From an uncultured bacterium (GTDB lineage: Bacteria > Chlamydiota > Chlamydiia > Chlamydiales > FEN-1388), in contig CAZOAJ010000007.1 in NCBI GenBank assembly GCA_964577935.1, forward strand, positions 20,273 through 84,272: DNA of 64,000 bases, written 5' to 3'. The notes under the pieces are model-generated. The model worked only from the letters and a program-made list of their open reading frames with translations. It was not told where the DNA came from and made no database searches. Of the stretch, positions 39,589 through 46,910 are shown one piece after another (positions within the stretch are counted from its first letter, which is position 1; every line of letters begins with the position of its first letter). The translations under genes and the position numbers were made by a program.

Positions 39589-40486
39589 CTGAATTCTCCT
39601 TAAGGCTTTTCTCATCAGCTTCTTGCAGCCTTAATTCGCATGAAAATGCTTCGGCAATAGCATCAAGAGATGTGAAATAGCTTTGACTGTAGGGCTCAAG
39701 TTCGACAGTGTTTAATTTGAGCTTTTCGGCAATGCGAAGAGCTGCTCGGCTTGGATATTCTTTTTGGGTAAAAATGGTGTGGGCATGAGCTTTTTCAATT
39801 GTCGTGAAGACATTTTCAAATTGCTTTGCAGATGGCTCTCGGCCCTCATGTTCAAGTGGAAACTGATGAATAGAAGGATAGGGTCTGAGCAAATATCCAT
39901 AAGCCGGATGAGAGACTATTAACGTTCCATGTTTTGAATAGAGGAATTCATGTATTTTTTTGTCTAATGCAGTCAATAACTGCAGCACTTTTTTCTCTCC
40001 CATGCGAATGGTAGCTTCTTCCTCAGGAAATGTTTGGATAAGTGCTGAGCATATTGTCGAAACTTGAGTTATCATCATCTGCGGATCCATCCATATATGT
40101 GGATCGAAATCGCTATCATGATCGTGATTATGGTGATGGCAACATCCGCAGCTTCCATTGATAAGATGAAGCCCTTTTCGAAGATCAACGATGAGAGGTT
40201 TTTGATTTTGGCCTTTAAAACTATGGATAGCTTTTTGTTCAAAAGGTTCTCCGATAATAAACCAGATCGAAGCCTCTCTTAGTTCAGTCAGCTGTTTAGG
40301 AGTTGCTTCAAAGGTATGAGAACTTGATCCTGCAGGAACAACTAAATGGACTTGGATATTTTCGCCAGCAAGTTCTTTCACGACTTCGAGATAGGGGGCA
40401 ACAGATATCGCCACTGACTTGCCAACGAGTGCTTCTGGAGATAAGAAACTTATCAGATAAATACTTATAAGAAGAAAAAAATGCAT
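39575..40486 (-). CDS. znuA: Zinc ABC transporter substrate-binding protein with His-rich loop
   Basis: Signal peptide, cluster-9 SBP blocks (SSHTFE, DPHIWMDP, SHPAYGY), and a His/Asp/Cys-rich insert CGCCHHHNHDHDSDFDPH typical of ZnuA. Confidence 0.85.
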   Translation of the reverse strand: MHFFLLISIYLISFLSPEALVGKSVAISVAPYLEVVKELAGENIQVHLVVPAGSSSHTFEATPKQLTELREASIWFIIGEPFEQKAIHSFKGQNQKPLIVDLRKGLHLINGSCGCCHHHNHDHDSDFDPHIWMDPQMMITQVSTICSALIQTFPEEEATIRMGEKKVLQLLTALDKKIHEFLYSKHGTLIVSHPAYGYLLRPYPSIHQFPLEHEGREPSAKQFENVFTTIEKAHAHTIFTQKEYPSRAALRIAEKLKLNTVELEPYSQSYFTSLDAIAEAFSCELRLQEADEKSLKENSDGES

Positions 40487-40629
40487 AGAGTCGTTATTTC
40501 CTAACTAGTTTATCCACGAAATTGTAGAGCGTTTGATGAAATTTTCCTATAAAGATTCATTTTATCTCTCCTCTTAAAAGGATTTGGGTGCTAGACTATC
40601 TGAAATCTTTAGCCGACATCTTTAGTTGT

Positions 40630-40716
40630 GGAGGGGTGTCCGAGCGGCTGAAGGAGCGCGCTTGGAAAGCGCGTATACGTGAGAACGTATCGTGGGTTCG
40701 AATCCCACCCCCTCCG
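40630..40716 (+). tRNA. tRNA-Ser (anticodon GGA)
   Basis: Hand-folded: acceptor GGAGGGG/CCCCTCC, anticodon stem CGCGC/GCGCG with loop TTGGAAA, long variable arm, T-arm GTGGG-TTCGAAT-CCCAC. No encoded CCA. Confidence 0.9.
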
Positions 40717-40758
40717 TCATTTTTCTTGCTCTTCTGGTCAATAAAGTCGTTATCTCGC

Positions 40759-41670
40759 TCAATTCAGTGATAAATCACCAATAGTCTCTGTCAACTGTCT
40801 AAAATATCTTGTGTCACAGTCATCTTCTAAAGCCCAAATCCATGAAAGGACAGCTTTCAGTAGGCACCAATCAAGAATCTTTTGAGAAGGTACTCCAAAG
40901 ATTTCAGCAAAATAGATGATGCGATTGCTCATAATAATTTTTGCAGTGTTCAAAGAAAATAGTTCCGGAATTGGATTACATATAAAAGCTGCTGCCTCAT
41001 AAGCGGGTTCGCCTACTACGCCTTTTGGGTCAATTACTATCCACGAGCCATCATTTTGTAGGATATTTTCATGATGTAGGTCTCCATGAAGTAATATCTC
41101 CTTTGTGGGCATTTGAAGGAGTCGATCGCGAACTTGTCTGGCTTGATGAAGATAGTGCTGTTCTATCTCCCAATCTTTGTCTAAGCAACTAAGCAAGTCT
41201 TTGATATGAGGAAAGGTATGCTTTAAAGGAATTGGTGCTAGGTGTAGCTGTTTCATTACACTCGAAGCGATTTCCATAGACTCGGTATCATTTTTTGGAA
41301 AATAGGGGCTTAAAGAGGTTCCAGGAATAGCTTGCTCTAGGAGAAGCATTCCCTTTTCTAGTGCAATAATCTCAACTGCTCCGAATTTTCTAAACGCTTT
41401 GAGTGCCTCGGCTTCCTGGCTTAATCCATCAATATCTAGTCCAAGCTTCAAGACAATAGGTCGAACGCCTTGAAAACCCGACATCAGAAAGTGATAGTTT
41501 TGATTTAAAACTGGGGCAAGATTATCCAAGCCATACATTGCCGAGATCCTGCGTACAATTTTAGGTAGGTTTTGAAGCCACTCTTTACCCTGTTTGCCAT
41601 AGGCCATGAGGATGTATGAGGTGAAGTTCAACTGGTAATCTCCAAGATTATTATGGCGTTGTCTTTGCAT
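40759..41670 (-). CDS. Aminoglycoside phosphotransferase family kinase, APH(6)/StrB-like
   Basis: LLHGDLHHENILQNDGSWIVIDPKGVVGEPAYEAA closely resembles the catalytic/Mg-binding segment of APH(6) streptomycin kinases (HGDLHHEN ... IDP.G). Confidence 0.75.
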   Translation of the reverse strand: MQRQRHNNLGDYQLNFTSYILMAYGKQGKEWLQNLPKIVRRISAMYGLDNLAPVLNQNYHFLMSGFQGVRPIVLKLGLDIDGLSQEAEALKAFRKFGAVEIIALEKGMLLLEQAIPGTSLSPYFPKNDTESMEIASSVMKQLHLAPIPLKHTFPHIKDLLSCLDKDWEIEQHYLHQARQVRDRLLQMPTKEILLHGDLHHENILQNDGSWIVIDPKGVVGEPAYEAAAFICNPIPELFSLNTAKIIMSNRIIYFAEIFGVPSQKILDWCLLKAVLSWIWALEDDCDTRYFRQLTETIGDLSLN

Positions 41671-41729
41671 AAATTGAAGGCTTTATTATGCAGACATAGT
41701 GGCGATCTTGAAAGCTGTAACATATTCCG

Positions 41730-41766
41730 TTGATTATTAGTAAACTCGCATATAATATACATGTAT
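41730..41766 (+). promoter_or_regulatory. Candidate promoter plus palindrome upstream of the SRPBCC-marR operon
   Basis: TTGATT (41730-35), a 15-nt spacer, TATAAT (41751-56), immediately followed by the perfect 10-bp palindrome ATACATGTAT (41757-66). An AAAGGA RBS precedes the ATG at 41782. Confidence 0.3.
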
Positions 41767-41781
41767 TTATAAAGGATATGT

Positions 41782-42207
41782 ATGTGGACCAAATCATTTA
41801 GCAAAACTTATCAAGGCGTAAAAAAAGAAGATGTCTGGGCGCTGTGGAAAGATATTAATAATTGGCCACAATGGCATGGCGATCTCGAGAGTTGTAAATT
41901 AGAGGGGGACTTCATTGTAGGGAATCATTTTTTCTTACAACCGAAAGGGATGAAGCCTATAAAGATTTCGCTTACCGAAATCGAAGAAGGAACAAAGTTT
42001 ACTGACTGCACAACCTTTTTCGGGGCTAAAATGTATGATACACATGCTATGGAAGAGACTCCAGAGGGATTAAAGCTTACAAATACTCTTGTAGTAACGG
42101 GTCCGCTTAAATGGCTATGGATTAAGCTTGTTGCTCAAAATGTTGCCGATACGGTTCCGAATGAGATGGATTCTCTTGTCAATCTTGCGAGGAAAATTCA
42201 TGTCTAA
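41782..42207 (+). CDS. SRPBCC (START/polyketide-cyclase-like) ligand-binding protein
   Basis: 141 aa. The N-terminus V.KEDVWALWKDINNWPQWHGDLESC and overall pattern are typical of SRPBCC small-molecule-binding proteins. Confidence 0.7.
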   Translation: MWTKSFSKTYQGVKKEDVWALWKDINNWPQWHGDLESCKLEGDFIVGNHFFLQPKGMKPIKISLTEIEEGTKFTDCTTFFGAKMYDTHAMEETPEGLKLTNTLVVTGPLKWLWIKLVAQNVADTVPNEMDSLVNLARKIHV

Positions 42208-42649
42208 TCTCCCATTTGGTTTTGACAGGCCAGAAGACAGCCCAGGCTTTTTATTATGGCAAACAACCATGATATGGCAACGGCGTATTAGGAAGGCCCT
42301 CGATGCTCATGGGATCTCTCACGCTCAATTCGTGATTATGGCCAGTTTGTTATGGTTTGAAGCTCATAAATATGATCCGACGCAAATCCTTATCGTGAAC
42401 TTGACGAAACTAGATAAAATGACGGTCTCTAAGTCGCTGAAAAAACTCGCAGCTTTGGGGCTTGTTCATCGGATAGAGCACGAAAGAGATACGCGCGCTA
42501 AAAGTGTATCTCTCTCAGATAATGGCAAAAATTTGGTGCGTTTACTGGTTCCTTTGATTGAACAAATTGATAGCAATTTTTTCGGCAAGGTTCACCAGAT
42601 AGATCAAATCCGGCTTATTCAGATTCTGGGAAAATTAACCATAGATTGA
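42200..42649 (+). CDS. MarR-family transcriptional regulator
   Basis: wHTH region LTKLDKMTVSKSLKKLAALGLVHRIEHERDTRAKSVSLSDNG. The ATG at 42200 overlaps the SRPBCC stop by 8 nt. Confidence 0.8.
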   Translation: MSNLPFGFDRPEDSPGFLLWQTTMIWQRRIRKALDAHGISHAQFVIMASLLWFEAHKYDPTQILIVNLTKLDKMTVSKSLKKLAALGLVHRIEHERDTRAKSVSLSDNGKNLVRLLVPLIEQIDSNFFGKVHQIDQIRLIQILGKLTID

Positions 42650-42804
42650 GTTTTTAAATTGAGTCATTATTTTTCTAGCAAAATGAGTACGGTCGGATTG
42701 AAAGGCATGTGTAATATTTTTTCTTTGTCCATTTCAGTGTGAATAGTCTGACATGGCTCTCCACAAGTGCTCTAAGAATTCCTCGTTTGAATGGTTACAT
42801 TCTA

Positions 42805-42852
42805 TTGTTCAATCTGTTCAATATTTATTGAACAGTGTATTATAATGAACAG
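42805..42852 (+). promoter_or_regulatory. Nested inverted-repeat operator overlapping a TATAAT box, upstream of the wHTH/NTase pair
   Basis: TGTTCA occurs twice (42806-11, 42815-20) and TGAACA twice (42829-34, 42846-51). The inner pair is part of a perfect 10+10 palindrome, CTGTTCAATA-TT-TATTGAACAG (42814-42835). TATAAT lies at 42841-46, and the ATG at 42865. Confidence 0.45.
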
Positions 42853-42864
42853 TAGGGGTTTTTT

Positions 42865-43593
42865 ATGAAAGGTCAGTTTCTCCTAGGTTCCAATGAAAAA
42901 TCTGCTGAAGGCAATATCTACTCTAATAAATCCTCTCTTATTCTCGAATGGCTGCTAAGAGAGGGCGTGAATAACCAATCATTGTCCTTAAGAAAAGTAG
43001 CCAATGAGATAAGTGTAAGTCTTGGATTAGTACAACGCGTTTTTGAAATTCTAGTTTTGAAGGGAATTTTGCAAACAGAAGGAGTTAGAACTGCCAAAAA
43101 GTTTTTTCTTAAGAACCCAAAACTCCTTCTTGAAAGCTGGTTAAACCAGTATAGCATCGTCAAAAAATGTAAAATGAGAACTTATCATTCTGGATTTCAA
43201 GATAAAGTAGAGCTTTTAGAAGCGCTGAAAAAATCAAATCTCATTCAAAAAGTCGCGTTAGCTCTCCATTCAGCAGCTGACGCGTATGGATGCAAAAACA
43301 CTAATTTAAACACTCTTGAATTATATCTACTTGATCCCTTGGTTAGACCACAAATTGAGAAAAAGTTGTTATTAGAGCCCCAAGAAAAAGGATATGAAGT
43401 CTTGCTAATTGAGCCTTACTATGAAAGTTTGCTCAAAGCTGCTTGCAATACAAGCCAAGATATTAGTGCTTCTCTGCCGATTTTGACTTTTTTGGATTTA
43501 TACCATTTCCCCTTGCGTGGGCAAGAGCAGGCAGAATTTATGGCTGCACGTCTTCCTGAACTTAAGCGAATCTATAAGCGCGATAAATCATAA
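42865..43593 (+). CDS. wHTH protein, AbiEi-like (putative type IV antitoxin / autorepressor)
   Basis: N-terminal wHTH (LSLRKVANEISVSLGLVQRVFEILVLKGIL) followed by a ~150-aa C-terminal domain. The stop overlaps the next start (TAATG). Confidence 0.55.
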   Translation: MKGQFLLGSNEKSAEGNIYSNKSSLILEWLLREGVNNQSLSLRKVANEISVSLGLVQRVFEILVLKGILQTEGVRTAKKFFLKNPKLLLESWLNQYSIVKKCKMRTYHSGFQDKVELLEALKKSNLIQKVALALHSAADAYGCKNTNLNTLELYLLDPLVRPQIEKKLLLEPQEKGYEVLLIEPYYESLLKAACNTSQDISASLPILTFLDLYHFPLRGQEQAEFMAARLPELKRIYKRDKS

Positions 43594-44372
43594 TGATATC
43601 CAATCAAGAAGACAAAATCATTTCAGAATTTTTAGATTCGATTGGCCCCTGGCGGGATTTGATTGTCATTGGAGGTGGTTTTGCGCTTTTTATCTACAAA
43701 CTTTATTTGGCAGATCAAAAATTGAAGAACCTACCAATAGGAACAAGAGATATCGATTCACTTATTCCTCGGAAGATTCCAGAATTATCACAAAAGAACA
43801 TTCAAAATTATCTTCGAGAAGCTGGTTTCAGTCATGTTTTTAAAGATGTAAGTCATCCGGCAACGGAAGCTTATGTCAAGGAAATTGCGGGCTCGGAAGT
43901 TGAAATCGAATTTTTGACCGACGATTCAGTTAGGAAGGACAAAACTAAAAATGTCGTCATTGCTGGAGTAGTTGCTCAACCGCTTAGCTATTTAACCTTA
44001 AGTTTGCAGACAACCATAAAATTTCATACCTACTCAAATGTCACAGGAAATGTGGTTACACCTGGAGCTTGGATATTCCATAAGGGTCTTACATTTACGA
44101 AACGCAAAAACGCTTTAAAGAGCCTTAAGGATCTCTACGGCATTTGGTACGTAACCTCTCAGTTGGGCGATTTTTCTGAAAGTGCTCTAGATGAATTCAG
44201 CGCACTTGCAAAACAGCATTCAAAATGGTTTAAAACTTTTCAGAAAAATTTACAAACTTGGCTTAACAATGCATCTCCGAGTGATTGGTCTAAGTTAGAA
44301 TTGCAAGACCCTTCTGGCAGATTACGCAAACTTAATTTTGAACAAATTATGAAAAAGCTTAGGACAGCCTAA
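43593..44372 (+). CDS. Nucleotidyltransferase-fold protein, AbiEii/DUF1814-like (putative toxin)
   Basis: Pol-beta NTase signature GGGFALFIY ... GTRDIDSL, then EVEIEFLTD (third acidic residue), and a late K..KDLYGIWY block resembling AbiEii motifs. Confidence 0.6.
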   Translation: MISNQEDKIISEFLDSIGPWRDLIVIGGGFALFIYKLYLADQKLKNLPIGTRDIDSLIPRKIPELSQKNIQNYLREAGFSHVFKDVSHPATEAYVKEIAGSEVEIEFLTDDSVRKDKTKNVVIAGVVAQPLSYLTLSLQTTIKFHTYSNVTGNVVTPGAWIFHKGLTFTKRKNALKSLKDLYGIWYVTSQLGDFSESALDEFSALAKQHSKWFKTFQKNLQTWLNNASPSDWSKLELQDPSGRLRKLNFEQIMKKLRTA

Positions 44373-44480
44373 TTCCTCAAAAAGAAGAGGTGCAAACTAT
44401 GACATTCTCGAGCCCTTTTCAACTCTTGGCTGCGTAACATGAGTGAGTTAATGGGCTGTACAACTTATTCCTGTATGGCT

Positions 44481-45737
44481 CTAATCATCAAGAAGTTTGT
44501 TTTTCTTCAAGCGTAGCCTTGTAAAATATTCAAGACGTTTTTTTAATTCTCGCTCAAAGCCTCTTTCTACGGGATGATACATCTCTTCAGGCTTCATCTC
44601 TTCTGGGAAGTAGTTTTGACCAGAAAAGGCATCTTCAAGATCGTGATCCCATACGTACCCTTTACCAAAACCTTCTTTCTTCATCCAGGAGGTTTCAGCG
44701 TTGATGATAGTTTTTGGAGGAAGAAAATGCGCTGTCTTTTTAGCTCTCTCCCGTGCTTGAGAAAAAGCTGTGTATCCTGAAGCACTCTTAGGGCTTAAAG
44801 CGAGATAGATTACGGTTTGAGCTAGAGCCAAATCACCTTCTGGACTACCCATGACTTCATAAGCTTTTTGTGCTGAAAGAGCAACATGGAGGGCTTGAGG
44901 GTCTGCAAGTCCTATATCTTCAACTGCCATTCGTATAAGTCTTCTTGAGATGTATAGAGGGTCTTCGCCTCCTTCAAGAAGTCTTGCAAGCCAATAGAGG
45001 GCTGCGTCTACGTCTGATCCTCTTACCGATTTATGGAGAGCTGAGATGTAAATGTATCTTCCTTCGCCAAATACGGATGAACGATAATCTAAAAGATCTT
45101 TGAGGTTTGATTCATCGAAATCAGGAATTTCTCGAATTTGTTCGATTTTGTTTAAGAGTTTCCTAGCATCTCCTTGAACGGATTCAGCAAGCATTGCCTT
45201 TGAAGCATCTGAAAGATGAATCGGTCCTATTTTGGCCTCTATTCTGTCGATTAAGGCAAGAAGCTCTTCTTGAGAGAGCGATTTTAATGTGAGAACAAAT
45301 AGGCGTGAAAGAAGAGCAGGAGATAGCTCAAATGATGGATTTTCTGTTGTTGCACCTACAAGCACTATTAAGCCAGTTTCTATTCCGTGAAGGAGGAGAT
45401 CTTGCTGGGGTCTCAAAAGTCTATGTATTTCATCAATCCAAAGGATCGTTGGGCGAAAGAGGGGCTCATTTCTACTTCTCTCAAGAACCTGTTTAATGTC
45501 ACTTGAAGAGGCTTGAGATGGGATAAGAGAGCTTATTGGTTGCGAGAATGACTTAAGATAGAGTTTCGCGATTGTTGTTTTTCCCGAGCCTGGTGGACCA
45601 TAAAGGAGGATATTTTTAGGTTTCTTGGATTGGATAGAGCGAAGAATTTGTCCATCGGTCGAAAGAATGTGAGATTGACCAACAATGGAATCCCATGAGG
45701 ACGGACGAAGTTGTTCGCTTAAAGGCAGGTGCGACAT
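44481..45737 (-). CDS. rarA: Replication-associated recombination protein A (AAA+ ATPase)
   Basis: Walker A GPPGSGKTT, Walker B ILWIDEIH, and the MgsA C-terminal block ISALHKSVRGSDVDAALYWLARLLEGGEDPLYISRRL. Confidence 0.9.
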   Translation of the reverse strand: MSHLPLSEQLRPSSWDSIVGQSHILSTDGQILRSIQSKKPKNILLYGPPGSGKTTIAKLYLKSFSQPISSLIPSQASSSDIKQVLERSRNEPLFRPTILWIDEIHRLLRPQQDLLLHGIETGLIVLVGATTENPSFELSPALLSRLFVLTLKSLSQEELLALIDRIEAKIGPIHLSDASKAMLAESVQGDARKLLNKIEQIREIPDFDESNLKDLLDYRSSVFGEGRYIYISALHKSVRGSDVDAALYWLARLLEGGEDPLYISRRLIRMAVEDIGLADPQALHVALSAQKAYEVMGSPEGDLALAQTVIYLALSPKSASGYTAFSQARERAKKTAHFLPPKTIINAETSWMKKEGFGKGYVWDHDLEDAFSGQNYFPEEMKPEEMYHPVERGFERELKKRLEYFTRLRLKKNKLLDD

Positions 45738-45822
45738 CTACTTTCACTTTGAGTATCTGGGTGTATTCGGTGTAGGATTATATCATTTAATTTTCAATTA
45801 AATCGCGATATTATTTGATATA

Positions 45823-46452
45823 TTATTTTGTTTTAATCGGACATCCATACGGAATTGTTTCAGATGTATAGATATACTTACCCTTAAGAAGATTGTCGAT
45901 GGCCTCTCGCACCAATTGTCTATTGATCGGATTCACTACATCTTCTGGGTCGGTGCTTGGGATTGTATCTATAGCTCCTCTATAGGCAATCGTTCCATCT
46001 GGGCCAATAATTACAAATTCCGGGGTTTTGGTGACTCCATACATACGAGCTATAGAACCGCTGTCATCAATCAGCATGGCGGACGGTTTTGCATCCCACC
46101 TATGAAGAATTTCCTTCCATTCTTCAGGAGTTTTATGCCCCTCTTGTCCTGGGCCTTGAGAGCATATGAGAAACCAAACTACATTTGGATTTTTTGTAAA
46201 TTCCGCCTGCATATTCGGAATATTTTTTGAACCTAGGTAGTGTTTCCGAACGTAGGAACATTCTGGATTTGTCCATTCTAAAACGATGACTTTTCCTTCA
46301 TTCTCGGAAATGGACTGAGGAATGCTATTAATATCTGTCTTTGTAAACTTAGGGGCTTCACTTCCAGACGATGGATATGCAAAAAGAGCTACTGAACAGC
46401 ATGTAATTACTGAAAATATTAGATAGCGTGCATATAAAAGCAGGGTATTCAT
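45823..46452 (-). CDS. Secreted thioredoxin-fold (redoxin/TlpA-like) protein
   Basis: Signal peptide, then WTNPECSYV at the position of the CxxC motif (only a single Cys), and GVTKTPEFVIIGPDGTIAYRG, typical of redoxin-fold proteins. Confidence 0.6.
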   Translation of the reverse strand: MNTLLLYARYLIFSVITCCSVALFAYPSSGSEAPKFTKTDINSIPQSISENEGKVIVLEWTNPECSYVRKHYLGSKNIPNMQAEFTKNPNVVWFLICSQGPGQEGHKTPEEWKEILHRWDAKPSAMLIDDSGSIARMYGVTKTPEFVIIGPDGTIAYRGAIDTIPSTDPEDVVNPINRQLVREAIDNLLKGKYIYTSETIPYGCPIKTK

Positions 46453-46620
46453 TCTATATACGTTCTCTTCTCTCTAATTCGTATAACAAAAAATTTATTT
46501 CTTGCCATATTCGTGCTTCATCTCTTCTCTTAACACATATCTTTTATTAATCAGAATCAAAATAGATTGGTGATCTTTTGCAAAAGATTGGATATAGGTT
46601 TATTCATACGGAGGTTTGAT

Positions 46621-46872
46621 ATGAGTGCAAAAAAAATCAATGTGATTATTTTAATTTTTCTTTGTAGCAGTTCTGTTTTGATGGCGATTACGCAAGACGA
46701 GATAATTCGTGAAGATCAGTTGCGTCAAGATCGTATTGCAAGTGAGCGTAATGAAGATATTCAACGTCAAGCTCGTTTAGACGAAGATCGGGCGCAGTAT
46801 GACAGAAATCAAGCCATTCGTGATCAAGAAGTTCGTGATCAACAGAGAAGAATGGAAGAGGCTCGACTATAG
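46621..46872 (+). CDS. Small secreted D/E/R/Q-rich protein (83 aa)
   Basis: GGAGG RBS before the ATG at 46621, signal peptide MSAKKINVIILIFLCSSSVLMA, then a highly charged low-complexity helix-like region (RQDRIASERNEDIQRQARLDEDRAQYDRNQAIRDQEVRDQQRR). Confidence 0.45.
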   Translation: MSAKKINVIILIFLCSSSVLMAITQDEIIREDQLRQDRIASERNEDIQRQARLDEDRAQYDRNQAIRDQEVRDQQRRMEEARL

Positions 46873-46884
46873 GTGATTTCTTCT

Positions 46885-46910
46885 AAAAGCTATCAGAAAT
46901 GATAGCTTTT
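46885..46910. terminator. Hairpin between convergent genes (overlaps the putA stop codon)
   Basis: aaaagctatca / tgatagctttt form an 11-bp perfect stem with loop gaaa, and A/T runs lie on both sides. Confidence 0.55.

Noticed and set aside
40588-40770. A 60-aa ORF (plus strand) at this position, and the 90-aa ORF at 36432..36704 (minus strand).
   Set aside because: Both are laid directly over hand-folded tRNA-Ser genes. The tRNA cloverleaves explain these regions better.
44373-44480. I looked for an attR-like direct repeat of the tRNA-Ser(GGA) 3' end and for an integrase at the far end of the putative island.
   Set aside because: No match to GGGTTCGAATCCCACCCCCTCC was visible by eye, and there is no integrase or recombinase ORF anywhere in 40717-44480. 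The mobile-element call is therefore not supported, and I report only an accessory island.
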